From NCBI GenBank assembly GCA_963514005.1, contig OY740786.1:37882001-37946000 (forward strand): 64,000 nucleotides of DNA. Reading direction: 5' to 3'. The translations under genes were made by a program, and so were the position numbers. Shown here in pieces: positions 13,360 to 27,265 of the stretch. The stretch is from Raja brachyura. Its lineage: Eukaryota. The notes beneath the pieces were generated by a model. The model did no database searches. It was not told the DNA's origin and worked only from the letters and a program-made list of their open reading frames with translations. Numbering within the stretch: position 1 is the first letter of the stretch; each line of letters starts with the position of its first letter.

Positions 13360-16149
13360 GGTGGGTTTCTAAAATGTGTATATTTTAATGCTAGGAGCAT
13401 TGTAAGAAAGGTGGATGAACTTAGAGCCTGGATTGACACCTGGAAATATGATGTTGTGGCAATCAGTGAAACATGGTTGCGGGAGGGTTGTGATTGGAAA
13501 CTAAATATTCCAGGATTTTGTTGCTTTAGGTGTGATAGAATTGGTGGGACCAGAGGTGGAGGGGTTGCATTGCTTGTCAAAGAAGATATTACAGCAGTGC
13601 TTTGGCAGGATAGATTAGAGGGCTCATCTAGGGAGGCTATTTGGGTGGAACTGAGAATTGGGAACGGTGTAGCAACTCTTTTAGGGGTGTATTATAGACC
13701 GCCAAATGGGGAGCAAGAATTGGAAGAGCAAATATGTAAGGAGATAGCAGATATTAGTAGTAAGTACAAGGTAGTGATTGTGGGAGATTTCAATTTTCCA
13801 AAAATAGACTGGGAAACACATTCTGTAAATGGGCTGGATGGTTTGGAGTTTGCTAAATGCGTGCAGGATAGTTTTTTGCAGCAATACATAGAGGTATTGA
13901 CCAGAGAAGGGGCAGTGCTGGACCTCCTGTTAGGAAATGAGGCAGGTCAGGTGACGGAGGTATGCGTTGGTGAGCACTTTGGGACCAGTGATCACAATAC
14001 CATTAGTTTCAATATAATTATGGAGAGAACTTGACCTAGGGTTGAGATTTTTGATTGGAGAAAGGCTAACTTTGAGGGAATGCATAATGATTCAAAAGGA
14101 GTGAATTGGGACAATTTGTTTTATGGGAAGGATGTAGAAGAGAAATGGAGGACATTTAAAGGGGAAATTGTAAGAGTACAGAATCTTTATGTCCCTGTTC
14201 GGTTGAAAGGAAATAGTAAAAATCGGAAAGAGCCATGGTTTTCAAGGGAAATTGGACACTTGGTTCGAAAAAAGAGAGATATCTACAATAATTATAGGAG
14301 GCATGGAGTAAATGAGATGCTAGATGAGTATAAGGAATGTAAAAAGAATCTTAAGAAAGAAATAAGAAAAGCTAAAAGAAGATATGAGGTTGTTTTAGAA
14401 AGGTGAAAGTAAATCCAAAGGGTTTCTACAGCTATATTAATAGTAAAAGGATAACGAGGGATAAAATTGGACCATTAGAGAGCCAGAATGGACAGCTATC
14501 TGCAGAGCCAAAAGAGATGGGGGAGATATTGAAAAATTTATTTTCTTCGGTATTCACCAAGGAGAAGGTTATTGAACTCTGTGAGGTAAGGGAAAAAAGT
14601 AGAGTAGCTATGGAAACTATGAGATTCAGAGGAAGTACTGACACTTTGGAAAAATATAAAAGTGGATAAGTCTCCAGGTCCAGACAGGATATTCCCTAAG
14701 ACATTGAGGGAAGTTAGTGTAGAAATAGCAGGGGCTATGACAGAAATATTTCGAATGTCATTAGAAACGGGAATAGTGCCGGAGGATTGGCGTACTGCGC
14801 ATGTTGTTCAATTGTTTAAAAAGGGTTCAAAGAATAAACCAAGCAATTATAGACCTGTTAGTTTGACGTCAGTGGTGGGCAAATTAATGGAAAGGATACT
14901 TAGAGATAATATATATAAGCATCTGGATAAACAGGGTCTGATCAAGAACAGTCAACATGGATTTGTGCCTGGAAGGTCATGTTTGACAAACCTTCTTGAA
15001 TTTTTTGAAGAGGTTAATAGGGAAATTGATGAGGGTAAAGCAGTGGATGTTGTCTATGTGGATTTCAGTAAGGCCTTTGACAAGGTTCCCCATGGAAGGT
15101 TGGTTAAGAAGGTTCAATCTTTGGGTGTTAATGGCGGAGTAGCAAGATGGATTCAATAGTGGCTGAATGGGAGATGCCAGAGAGTAATGGTGGATGGCTG
15201 TTTGTCAGGTTGGAAGCCGGTGACCAGTGGGGTGCCTCAGGGATCTGTGTTGGGTCCACTGTTGTTTGTCATGTACATCAATGATCTAGATGATGGGGTG
15301 GAAAATTGGATAAGTATGCAGATGATACTAAGATTGGGGTGCTGTGGATAATGAAGTAGATTTTCAAAGTCTATAGAGAGATTTGTGCCATTTGGAAGAG
15401 TGGGCTGAAAGATGGCAGATGGAGTTTAATGCTGATAAGTGTGAGGTGCTACATCTTGGCAGGACAAATCAAAATAGGACGTACATGGTAAATGGTAGGG
15501 AATTGAGGAATGCTGTGGAACAGAGGGATCTAGGAATAACTGTGCATAGTTCCCTGAAGGTGGAATCGCATGTAGATAGGGTGGTAAAGAGAACTTTTGG
15601 TGTGCTGGCCTTTATAAGTCAGAGCATTGAATATAGGAGTAGGGAAGTAATGTTAAAATTGTACAAGGCATTGGTAAGACCAATTCTGGAGTATGGTGGA
15701 CAATTTTGGTCACCTAATTATAGGAAGGATGTCAACAAAATAGAGAGGGTACAGAGGAGATTTACTAGAATGTTGCCTGGGTTTCAACAGCTAAGTTACA
15801 GAGAAAGGTTGAACAAGTTAGGTCTTTGGAGCGCAGAAGGTTAAGGGGGGACTTGATTGAGGTCTTTAAAATGATGAAAGGGATAGACAGAGTTGACGTG
15901 GATAAGCTTTTCCCATTGAGGGTAGGGAAGATTCAAACAAGAGGGTATGACATGAGAATTAAGGGACAGAAGTTTAGGGGTAACATGAGGGGGAACTTCT
16001 TTACTCAGAGAGTGGTGGCTGTGTGGAATGATCTTCCTGCAGAAGTGGTGGAGGCAGGATCAATTTTAACATTTAAAAGTAAAGTGGATAGGTATATGGA
16101 CGGGAAGGGAATGGAGGGGTATGGTCTGAGTGCAGGTAGATGGGACTAG
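13360..16149 (+). pseudogene. CR1 ORF2 (APE endonuclease plus reverse transcriptase), multiple frameshifts and stops
   Basis: YFNARSI, AISETWL, GVYYRPP, VGDFNFP, SDHN; KSPGPD, NYRPVSLTS, QHGF..GRSCLTNL, DFSKAFDKV, GVPQGSVLGP, YADD; C-terminal FFTQRVVAVWN. Confidence 0.93.
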
Positions 16150-16239
16150 GGGAAAATAAATGGTCGGCACGGACAGGAAGGGCCGAGAAGGCCTGTTTCC
16201 GTGCTGTAATTGTTATATGGTTATATGGTTATCCCACAT

Positions 16240-16415
16240 GTCCATCAGCTCCTCTGAACCTCCTCCCTCTCGCTTAACCCAGGATAAATTCTAGTAGCTA
16301 GTTATCCAACTGTTGCATCTTAGGGATGTGTGAGGAAATCAGATCACCTGAGAGAATGTGCAAACACTGCACAGACAATAGAGATCGTGATCAAACCCGA
16401 ATCCCGGGAGCTATG
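16240..16415 (-). mobile_element. Degenerate V-SINE fragment
   Basis: GGGATGTGTGAGGAAATC..AGAGAATGTGCAAACACTGCACAGACA..GATCAAACCCG resembles 10845-10940. Confidence 0.5.
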
Positions 16416-17554
16416 AAACATTCTTGTCGAATGGAAAATTATGAATACATTCTCAACTAGACAGAACTGGAGCCATTACAAACAGTAGCAGTTTGAGGGG
16501 GTTGGAATGTGAAACTCCTGGGAGAACTGTTGTACTCTCCAGAGCTTAGTAAATGTTACAGTTTGGAGTTATTAATGAAATCATTGGCATCCGTCATTTA
16601 ATTACCAATATTAAATCTACACCCAAAACAACCTGAATAATTACAACATTGGACAAAATGCTACAAAACCTAACAATGTTCAAACAGAAGAAGAAAAAAG
16701 TCCTCTTCTGTCAATAACCATGCATTCTTCATTGATTAAATGGATGAAGTCTAACTTCCTGTTGAGTCTTTTGTTTACGGCTCAGAGGGTTGAAATGTTT
16801 AATTACTGTGTACTGTAAAGCTGTTATGACAGTATGAATTCAGAATTATCTTTTGGGGAAAATATTCACAGTTGGTTTGGTGGCAAGCAGGCAAGCTTAC
16901 AAAAGCTCAGAGACACCCTGAGGGTTTAGTGTTCGAGGAAGTGAGGATCTGGGTAAGTAGCTTCTCTGTGTTGAAACTACTGCTTGATGGTTTTATCCAA
17001 AGCACGCAGGTAGCAGCTGGTGCGGGCACGGTGCCAATCCTGCCAGCCCATATGCCGTACTTAGTAGCGTAATTATCTCTACACAAAACTTGGATCCCCA
17101 TGTGACTTCCTACAATGGAAATCACTCTGTGTTAGCTGTGATGCTCCATCATCAAGTTTCTTTGGCATCGTAAAAGTTAGTGAGATACCAAATAGTCTTC
17201 TTAGAGGTCCATTCAAACGAGTACAGTGGCTGATGAGCAGATGGCCCATGCTGCCTCTGAGATTAACCTATTTGGTTTTATGGAGCTGTCCATCTTTGAT
17301 GGTATCCCCACAACCCTGCCAACATTTCTCTTCAATCCATTAGGGATTTCACAATCCAGAGCGCTCGGAGATGTTTTCAGTAAAATTGTCACATAAAAAG
17401 ATGAAAATTCATGAATTTTGCAGAAATCAAAAATGAAACAGAAGATGATGGAAAAATACAACCTCAGGCAGCATCTTTTGGGAGAGGAAAAAAACTTAAC
17501 TGAGGGTGTATTGCATTGTTGTTCACTAAGGCAAGCCAAGAGCTTATGGTTATT

Positions 17555-18040
17555 GTCCCATATCTGAGTAAGGAGAAGGTTTACGCAAATGATTCGGGGG
17601 GATGATTTGATTAATGTACGAGGAGCTTTTGATGGCTCTGGATCTGTGCTCACTGGAGTTTAGAAGGATGAGGTTTGATCTAATTGAAAACGATCGAATA
17701 ATGAAGCCCAGAATGAGTGGATGTTGAGAGGATGTTTCCAGTAGTGGGGGAATCTAGAACCAGAGGGCACAATGTCAGAATAAATGGATGCGTCTTTAGC
17801 ATGGAATTGAGGAGGAATTTCTTTAGCCATAGGGTGGTGGCGCAGTGGAGGCCAAGTCATTGGGTATTTTTAAAGCAGAGATTGATAGGTTCTTTATTAG
17901 TAAGGGCATCAAAGGTTATGGGGAGAAGGGAGGCAAAAAGGTTTGATAGGGAAAAATAGATCAGCCATGATTGAATGGCGGAGCAGACTCGATGGATGGA
18001 ATGGCCTGATTCTGTTCCTATGTCTTATGATTTTATGACC
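17555..18040 (+). mobile_element. CR1 3' fragment
   Basis: ORF 17717-17959 (MFPVVGESRTRGH..RRNFFSHRVV) followed by a CR1 3'UTR. Confidence 0.85.
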
Positions 18041-18393
18041 TTGCTGGTGCTAGCGTAACAAATGTTACAGGCTATTGGATGCTATTCTTATTAATCCCCT
18101 GACAAACTTTGATTTCATGTTTTGCACATGTTACACAGTAAATTAATATTTTCAACAAACCCAGTGAGTTTAAAAGGAGAAGGATTTATACTGGCAGTCG
18201 AGAGCCCAGGTGCTAACCCATCTACATTCCTCTTTCCTAGTGTTCTGGGTCTCAACCCTAGTTCTGGCTGTACTAAGTCTACAATCCATAGGTTTTAAGA
18301 TTGTTTTGAATAGGGATGGGTCTGGATAGTGGAGAAAAGTACTTAAGCAAAAGAAGGTACTTAAATGGGGCAAAGCAGATTGTAATGTCATTA

Positions 18394-18709
18394 AGGGCCT
18401 GTCCCACTGAACAAGGTAATTCAAGAGTTCTCCCGAGTTTCCCCTGATTTGAACTCGGAGAATTACGGTAAAAGCTGCTCGTAGGTACTCGGGGCTCTCG
18501 TGGACATTTTTCAACATGTTGAAAAGTCTTCACGAGTCTTCACGAGCGTACCATGTTTCCTGAGTACCTGCCGTTAGCGTTACGAGCCGCTAAGAGACAT
18601 CCCGAGCTCCGACGTACCCGCTACGTACATTCTACGTGCTTGCCACAAGTTGATTTTTTTTAAAACTCGGGAGAGCTCTTGAATTAGCTCGTACAGTGGG
18701 AAAGCCCCT
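18394..18709. mobile_element. PIF/Harbinger-type MITE
   Basis: TIRs AGGGCCTGTCCCACTG / CAGTGGGAAAGCCCCT, extending imperfectly to about 45 bp. TTA TSD at 18391-18393 and 18710-18712. No ORF. Confidence 0.85.
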
Positions 18710-19099
18710 TTAGGCAGGATGGCGGATAGACTGGCAGCAGTTGTTATTAGGTAAATCCACAGCTGACATGTAGGAGTCATTTAAAGACCAGCTGACCAAA
18801 GTGCAGTATCAGCACTTTATTGTAAGGATGTGTAAGGGAACTGTGGATGACCAAGGAGGTGGTAAACTTGGTCAGGAAGAAAAAAAGAAGCGTATGTCAG
18901 GTTTAATTAAGAAGGTGGCATTAGACGGGGCTTATGAGGAATTTGAAACAAGTAAGAAAGAACTCGTGGGCGATTAGAAGGGTCAAAAGGGGCCATAAAA
19001 TGTTATTGGTGAGTCGGATTAACGGAAATTCCAAAGCTCTATACACATATGTTAAAATGTAGAGGGTGACTAGGGGGAAGGTAGATACATTCAAGGATA

Positions 19100-21260
19100 G
19101 AAACATAGAAAATAGGTGCAGGAGGAGGCCATTCGGCCCTTCGAGCCAGCACCGCCATTCAATATGATCATGGCTGATCGTCCGCTATCAATAACCCGTG
19201 CCTGCCTTCTCCCCATATCCCTTTACTCCACTGGCCCCTAGAGCTCCATCCAACTCTCTCTTAAATCCATCCAGTTATTTGGCCTCCACTGCCCTCTGTG
19301 GCAGGGAATTCCATAAATTCACAACTCACAATTCACAATTTGGGTAAAAAAGTTTTTTCTCAGCTCAGTCTTAAATGACCTCCCCTTTATTATAAGGCTG
19401 TGGCCCCTGGTTCTGGACTCACCCAACATTGGGAACATGTTTCCTGATCTAGCTTGTCCAGTCCTTTTATAATTTTATATGTTTCTATAAGATCTCCCCC
19501 ACATCCTTCTAAACTCCAGTGAATGCAAGCCTAGTCTTTTCAATCTTTCCTCATATGACAGTCCCGCCATCTCAGGGATCAATCTCGTGAACCACACTGC
19601 ACTGCCTCAATCACAAGGATATCCTTCCTCAAATTAGGAGACCAAAACTGTACACAATACTCCAGATGTGGTCTCACCAGAGCCCTATACAACTGCAGAA
19701 GAACATTCCATTAGCTTTCTTCACTGCCTGCTGTACCCGCACGCCAACTTTCAGTGACTGGGGTACAAGGCCACCCAGGTCTCGCTGTACCTCCCCCTTA
19801 CCTAACCTAACCCCATTGAGATAAAAATCTGCCCCCTTGTTTTTGCGGCCAAAGTGGATAACCTCACATTTATCTATATTATACTGCATCTGTCACGCAT
19901 CTGCCCACTCACTCAACCTGTCCAGGTCCCCTGCAACCTCCTAACATCCTCTTCACAGTTCACACTGCCACCCAGCTTTGTGTCATCTGCAAACTTGCTA
20001 GTGTTGCACCTAATTCCCTCTTCCAAATCATTTATATATATGGTAAACAATTGCGGCCCCAACACCGAGCTTTGAGGCACTTCCCTCGCCACTGCCTGAC
20101 ATTCTGAAAAGGACCCGTTCACTCCTACTCTTTGCTTCCGGTCTGCCAACCAATTTTCTATCCATGTCAACACCCTACCTCCAATACCATGTGCTCTAAT
20201 TTTAGTAACCAGTCTCCCGTGCGGGACCTTATCAAAGGCTTTCTGAAAGTCTAGATACACGACATCCACTGGCACCCCTTCATCCATTTTACTTGTCACA
20301 TCCTCAAAAAATTCCAGAAGATTAGTCAAGCATGATTTCCCTTTCAAAAATCCATGTTGACTTGAACTAATCCTTTAACTGCTATCCAAATGCTCCATTA
20401 TTACCTCTTTAATAATTAACTCCAGCATCTTTCCCACCACCAAAGTCAGGCTAACTGGTCTGTAATTCATCGTTTTCTCTCTCGCTCCTTTCTTAAAAAG
20501 TGGGATAACATTAGCTATCCTCCAATCCACAGGAACTGATCCTGAATCTATTGAACATTGGAAAATGATCACCAATATGTCCACTATTTCTAGAGCCACT
20601 TCCCTGAGGACCCTGGGATGCAGACCGTCAGGCCCAGGGGATTTATCATCCTTCAGTCCCATTAGCCTACCCAATACTATTTCTCGCCTAATGAAAATTT
20701 ATTTAAGTTCCTCTACCCCCTTAGATCCTCTGTCCTCCAGTACATCTGGGAATTTGTGTGTGTTCTCCTTAGTGAAGACAGATCCGAAGTACCGATTCAA
20801 CTCTTCTACCATTTCCTTGTTGACTATAATTATTTCACCCGTGTCTGCCTTCAAGGGACCCACATTTGATTTTGCTACTCTTTTTCCCTTAACATATTTA
20901 AAGAAGCTTTTACTGTCTTTCTTTATATTCCTGGCCAGCTTCCCCTCGTACTTCAACTTTTCAGCCTTTATTGCCCGTTTTGTTTCCTTCTGTTGTCCTA
21001 TGAAAGTTTCCCAATCCTCCGGCTTCCGGCTACTCTTTGCTGTGTTATACATCTTTTCTTTTAGTTTTATTCTATCCCTAACTTCTCTTGTCAGCCACGG
21101 TTGCCTCCTACTCCCCTTAGAATTTTTCTTCCTTTTTGGAATGGAATGATCCTGCGTCTTCCGGATTATGCTCAGGAATTCCTGCCATTGCTGTTCCACC
21201 ATCATTCCTGCTAGGAACCCTTTCCAGTCTACCTTGACCAGCTCCCCTCTCATGCCTTCA
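19100..21260 (-). mobile_element. 5'-truncated CR1 LINE (ORF2 RT region to tail)
   Basis: ORFs 20699-21253, 20375-20674 and 19913-20347 give KSPGPDGLHPRVL, NYRPVSLT, YLDFQKAFDKV and KFADDTK. The tail GAAACATAGAAAATAGG lies at about 19100-19116. Confidence 0.93.
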
Positions 21261-21467
21261 TGATAAAGGAGGGTATCTATGCTTGGGGTCAGAGGGTGAA
21301 GGTGAGGTGCTAAATAATTACTTTGTATCTGTATTCACTGAGGAGAAAGGCTTGGAGGACAGCTAGGGCAGTTTGAGATTGAGAAGTAGGTGGTGCTGAG
21401 GATCTTGAAGAACATTAAGGTGGAAAGTCCCCATGACCGGATGGGATCTATCCCAGGTTATTGAGGT

Positions 21468-22960
21468 CATAAGGGCATGAGGAATTGGAGTAGGATTAGG
21501 CCATTCGGGCCCATTCAAAGATGGCGGCTCTTCACAGCAGCAGCCTCTGCAGTCCGTCTGTCTTTTAAAATGTTTTTTGTCCCGTTGAGTGTATAGTTTG
21601 GTTGTAGTTTATATATTGTTTTTAGCTGTGATTATGTGAGGGGCGGAAACTTTTAAATCTTTTCCCTGTACGGGGGACCCGACCTTTTTCCTGTCGCTTC
21701 TCTGTTGTCGTTGGGGGTCTCCAACCGGAATGACCTGGGGGCTCCCGTCACGGAGCCTGCGGACTCACCATCGTGGAGTTGGCCGGCTACGGAGCGTGGA
21801 GATCTGTGGTGGCGCGCAACTGCGACCCGACTTCGGAGCTTTGGAGGCTCCAGCCGCAGGCACGGTGGACGGTGACATCGGGCGCTCGTGGGTCCCTGGT
21901 GGGAGACCGCTTTTCGGAGCTCCCGCAATGGCAACTTCTCCCGCCCGAATTGCGGGGTTGAAAACGACCCGGAGAAAACGACCTTACATCGCCTGTCGTG
22001 GCTTTAATGGCCGCGGGACTTGCCATCGCCCGCCGTGGGCTCCAACATCAAGACCCGGAGCAGGGCCTTACATCGCCCGGCGCAGCCTTATCGGCCGCGG
22101 GACTTGCCATCGCCCGCCGGGGACTTTAACATCGGGAGAAGAATGGAAAACAGGGGAGAGACGATGACTTTGCCTTCCAACACAGTGAGGAGGAGATTCA
22201 ATGTGATGGATATTTGTGTTAATTGTGTGCCTTGGTTTTTTTTCTTCTGGTATAACTGCAGAAACCAAATTTTGTCTGAACTTCATTTGAGGTTCAAATG
22301 GCAATAAACGGTATTGTATATGGTATATTGTATCAAGTCTATTCCGCCTATTCAATCATGGCTGACCTATCTCTCCCTCCTTACCTCATTCGCCTTCCAT
22401 CACCCCATAACTACTGACACCTGTACTAATCAAGAATTTATCTATCTTTGCCTCAAAAATATCCAGACTTGGCCTCCACAGCATTCTGTGACAAAGAATT
22501 CCACAGATTCACCACCGACTAAAGACATTTCTCCTCATCTACTTCCTAAAATAACGTCCTTCAATACTGAGGCTATGACATCTAGTCCTAGACTCTCCTA
22601 TTAGTGGAAACTTCCTCTCCACATCCACTCTATCCAAGCCTTTCACTATTCTGTATGTTTCAATGAGGTTCCCTCTCATTCTTCTAAACTCCAGCGAGTA
22701 CAGGCCCAGTGCGGACAAATGCTCATCATAGGTTAACCTACTAATTCCTGGGATCATTCTTGTAAACCTCCTCTGGACCTTCTCCCGAGCCAGCATCCTT
22801 CCTCAGATATGGTGCCCAAAATTGCTCACAATATTCCAAATGCAGCCCTACCCGAGCCTCAACATTACATCCCTGTTTTTTTTACAAGCCCTCTTGAAAT
22901 AAATGGTAGCATTGAATTTGCTTTCTTTACTACCGATTCGATTTGCAGATTAACTTTTTG
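21468..22960 (-). mobile_element. CR1 3' fragment interrupted by a SINE-like element
   Basis: The 3'UTR at 21468-21512 resumes at about 22339. ORF 22539-22796 reads KVQRRFTRMIPG..LGLYSLEFRRMRG. Confidence 0.8.
21515..22335 (+). mobile_element. GC-rich non-coding SINE-like element (family copy 2, apparently complete)
   Basis: Starts TTCAAAGATGGCGGC. Has an internal repeat (CCTTACATCGCC..GGCCGCGGGACTTGCCATCGCCCGCCG x2), a hairpin box at 22176-22210, and ends TGGCAATAAA plus a GTATT-like microsatellite. It interrupts a CR1 3'UTR. Confidence 0.75.
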
Positions 22961-25900
22961 GGAGAGATTGTGGGGGCCTGGATGACGATCCTTGTTGCTT
23001 CTCTAACAATAGGCAAGGTCCCGGAGGACTGTAGAGTGGCCAATGTTGGTCCTTTGTTTAAGAAGGGAAGTAAAGAAAACTATAGGCTGGTAAGCCTCAT
23101 GCCAGTGGTTGGGACACTATTGGAGGGAATTAATTGAGATATAAGTTACTCCCCATTTGGGACAGAATAGGCTAATTAGGGATAGTTAGCATAGCTTTGT
23201 GCAAGGTAGGCCATGTCTTACCAAAATTGAGTTTTTTAATGTTCTTTTTTTACTCATTCAGAGATCCAGCCTCCAAAGCAACGATTACACAAAAGGTTGT
23301 TCCATGTACCTCACCTTCTCCAGCAAACCCAGGGAGGCCACCCGCTTGTTTTCTCTTTTCAGACTTTCAGAAGAGTCCATCTGCTTCCACCTCAAGAAGA
23401 GGGGTAGCAGGAGACTCTGGAGGGAGAGGGTTGGAGCAGAGGGTTGGGGGTGGTGGTAAAGTGCATTGGGTATCTTTATGCCTGATAACCCATGGCACTA
23501 CTTCCGACATTATCAGGGATAAACAGATGAGTTTAAATGGTCGTATATTATAATTGGATAAGCTAGGTACTAATATGCTGTATTGTATCAACAGACACAG
23601 AGAATCTGGTTGGGGTACTGCAGGAGGAGAAGTACTGCCCCAGAACATGTGCTTTTATAATCAAGGAAATGCAAATGCATATTGAAATGGCAAACACCTT
23701 GTCAAACCTACCTGGTTTAACATAGATGACAGGATAAGTTACTTGCACTGTAAAATAACAGTTTTTTCTGTGATCTTTCTCTGACACTAATTGTTACTTC
23801 CTCACTCTCTGGATCTTAACTCCAGGTTTCCATTCCATAATGCTCCCTACTCTGCTTTGGATCATCATAACTTTCCTACGTAAATCTGAGATAGTTTCTC
23901 AATCAGCCTCCAGCTCAAAGTTCCAAAGTTAGTGTTTCTGAAATTCTAATCCAATAACTACTGTAAAACTGATAACACTTCTGCAGCCTGAAACAATTTC
24001 TATAATAAGTTGATCATATAAGGCAGACTGTACCCACTCTATAATAGCCTCGTGAAGACATCCTTACCAATATTCTGATGCATCTCCACATCTGTGACAC
24101 TTAATAGATCCTGTCATAATAGATCACAGGGGAAAACCCATACATCAGTAAAGCATTTTCCTCCAATTAAATAATCTTACATCACATGAATCATTGCACT
24201 CACACGCATCAGTTAGTAATTCATGTAGAATCCATAGAATTTGTAGTTTAAATCCATCGTTTTAATGCAGAATTTTACATCATACTACATGATGATTCAT
24301 CCTTGTCATGGTTTAAATGTCCCAGAGCCAAAATTATAAACCAAAGCAGCTTTTAACAAGATAAAACCACCATAATAAGGACCGAAACTCTTATATTTTT
24401 TACGCACAAAGAACAACTTTATTGGGACTTGGTAAAGCAGTATAATATTGAAGCTCATCATTATAACAAAAAAATCAACTGAGTATTCTTCAATTACTTT
24501 CAAAGAGGTGACAAAGAAATAATTTCATACATTTCAAATTGGGCATTGCTAAATCGTAAGGGTTTTACAAAACAAATTACAATAAATTAAAAAACAGACT
24601 TGACCAGAATTAGAATACAGGGAAGGGCCCGTGGCCTGAAACATAACCCTTGAAATGTTGCAGTTAAGTATCAAGCTTGTGTTTGCAGCTCTTTTCTCTT
24701 CATCTCATGACCATTCCAAACTGCCAGCTACAAAAGAGAGCTGGTAATTAAAGGGTGGAGCAGGCAGAGAAAATTGCGACAGAAATGAGATTTATCGATG
24801 AACTCTGGCCCTGCCCCCATCTCTCCTTTTCACCCTTCTTCCTCCATCTCGCCCATCTTCCTCCTCCCCTTCCACCACTTCAAATTTTAAAGAGATGTCA
24901 CTGTTTTGTTGCACGGAACATTAGGTGACATCTTATTCCTTTGTGTGCTATTTAAAGTCAGGATGAGCAATATTTAGCACATTCTCAGGCATCCTTGCTG
25001 GTGATTCCTTTTTCTCTGGTAGCCTGATGTGCCTTCAGAGGATGCTGTGCTGTTTGTAGTTTGTTTTCCTTTGTTTAAGGTTTCGGCTATAGCTTTGACT
25101 AATGATTATATAGCTGCTCAGTCTCTTACATGCTGAATTCAGTGGTAATGTTTCAGAAATATTTTTCCCCAGTGTGACATAAGCAAGAACAGCGATGGAG
25201 CCCTTAGAAAACCTTCTGCAGATAAGGAACTTACTGTCATCCCAAGTAAACAAACTGCTTTAATAATATTGCAATATGCAAAGTTCTAAGTGGAGTTTGG
25301 ACATATTTTCAGACTAAGAAGCATTAAGTATACCTTAATGAAGCATATCAGCATCTAAACCCATTATGCATCAATGTAGCTAAGTGGAGAGAGATGATTT
25401 CTATTAAATACCACCACATGAAACTAATGTACTAATTGAATTGCTGAATATCTGAGCATTAATGCTGTTAAATGAAATTATTGTTCAAAAGTAACAATTA
25501 TGAACAAACCAGCTCCAATCCTTGTAGTTATGAAGTATTCACATGACAAATGTGGGGACAATGGGGATTACATTTGTTTCGAAAGATAAGAGCTAAAAAA
25601 ATATAATTGTTGAGCTCAGTAATGCTAAAATAAGTATTTATGTAAAGGACATCATGCTTGATATTTGTCCCAGATATCAAAGAATAATGCCTACCAAGTA
25701 CTTCAGCAGAACCATGATAATAAATTATACAATGATTTTACTGTTAAACTCTGGAACCGTATAACAATATATCACCGCTATGCTTGCATAAAGTGTGTTG
25801 ATATGGACAGATTATGCCAATTATAGATTTTTCTCATATTGCTTGGCATTTGCCATCTGCTAGATACAGATGCTACATTTTCAGAGTCGATGTTATTAAA

Positions 25901-27077
25901 CAACCCAAACAATTATCTAGTCAGGAATCTGCAGCTCTCAGCTTTGATAGTTACTGTAACAGCACAGGCTGTAAAGCACTTGATAAGCGAGAGTCAGAGA
26001 AGGTGCTGGCCCCTCAGCGATAACCTCCTGACTTGCACATTATAGGTCTTTTCTGGTGGAATTGTGTTCTACATCTTACTCGATTGGTTATTGTCAGGAA
26101 TGAGTAATGGATGCACACTATGTGAATCCCCGGGTGCAAGGCATGGTACATCAGGGCAATAGGGGCCATGGTGTAAGGATGCAGGGGAAGCAGATAAACA
26201 AAAAGCTGCTAAAGATGCAGGGATGCAGGGACCAGCAGGGTCACATCAAGTGACTAATTTGAGCACCGCCAGCATCATTAAATGACATCCCAGCTATAAA
26301 AAGAACAGAAAGACTCATGAGTGACTGAGAACTCCACATAAATCATACTGTCCCATGGGCTTGGGTGAAGCCGTAATCACATTGTGTATTTAATCTAATG
26401 GCTCTGATGAATCCACAGAAATAGAAAAATGAGCAGTGGTTAACACCTTTACACCAACACCAATTTGCTAAACACAGAATAAAGAATATACAGCCAACTT
26501 TGAACCGTCAAACAGTCATCTTGGATGTACTGAGTGGAATTCAGCCGTTCAGCTTTTATAAATATTCTTTATGCAGAAAAACGTAAGAGGCAAGTCATTG
26601 TCTTACATCTTCTGAGCTGCCTGGCAATAGCGTTATGATGATGTATGGAACAAGTGGTGCAAAGCAGTTCATAAAAGTAACAGCATGTTGTACTCGTTCC
26701 CTTCCAATCAAAGGCACAAAATACGTATTTCTATTATGTAAGGATTGGAAAAGCCAATAACCTTAAACGATTCCCTATAATAATTTTATCATCTCTGAAA
26801 AATAGCCATGTTGACCTGCTGCCCTTGGGCTGCAACCGTGTAGGAATTTGGAATCAATTGTTTATATATAAATACTTTTACATAACATAACATATATACA
26901 TATATATATATATAAATACTCAAAATAACTTACAGAAATTGTTTTAATGACTTTCTTCACTTTTTAATAGTTTTTCAATGTGTCTGAATGTCAAAAATAT
27001 TAATTGACTGCATTGACCAAAGATAGAAGTCCATCCCAGCTCTGCCTCCTATCCAATCCTGTCATGGATTTTTCGGG

Positions 27078-27265
27078 TGTGTAGGAAGGAACTGCTGATG
27101 CTGGTTAAAACTGACGATAAACACAAAAAGCTGGAGTAACTCAGTGGGTCAGACAGCATCTCTGGAGAACAGGAAGAAGTATCTCGATCCAAAACGTCAC
27201 CTATTCCTTTCCTCCAGAGATACTGTCTAACCTGCTGAGTTACTCCAGCTTTTTGTGTCTATCAG
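27078..27265. mobile_element. Fold-back pair of Penelope pseudo-LTR ends
   Basis: Arms at about 27116-27168 and 27210-27263 are inverted repeats (ACACAAAAAGCTGGAGTAACTCAG / CTGAGTTACTCCAGCTTTTTGTGT) around a decayed hammerhead motif. Confidence 0.8.

Larger units (their letters stand above)
11750..16232 (+). mobile_element. Near full-length CR1/HER1-type LINE (decayed)
   Basis: GC-rich 5'UTR, ORF1, ORF2 (APE endonuclease plus RT), 3'UTR GAAGGGCCGAGAAGGCCTGTTTCCGTGCTGTA and a (GTTATATG)n tail at 16212-16232. The 5' boundary is approximate. Confidence 0.93.
18250..23235 (+). mobile_element. Old CR1 ORF2 fragment split into pieces (about 18250-18393, 18710-19099, 21262-21467, 22961-23235) by nested insertions
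   Basis: The pieces read collinearly along CR1 ORF2: LKWGKAD, then WMTKEV, then KSP..DGIYPRLL, then PEDCRVANVGPLFKKG..NYRLVSL. Confidence 0.7.

Noticed and set aside
17200-17396. Open frame after TCTTCTTAG (..DEQMAHAASEINLFGF..)
   Set aside because: No recognisable homology and it is open on both strands, so it cannot be supported without expression data.
21653-22355. Overlapping Arg/Gly/Pro-rich ORFs (also 50169-50757 and 60246-60779)
   Set aside because: They arise from GC-rich, stop-poor non-coding repeats and are open in several frames on both strands.
23800-27050. Conserved non-coding or regulatory elements in repeat-poor AT-rich stretches (also 35300-37100 and 38600-40800)
   Set aside because: Cannot be assessed without cross-species alignment, and no intrinsic structure was seen.
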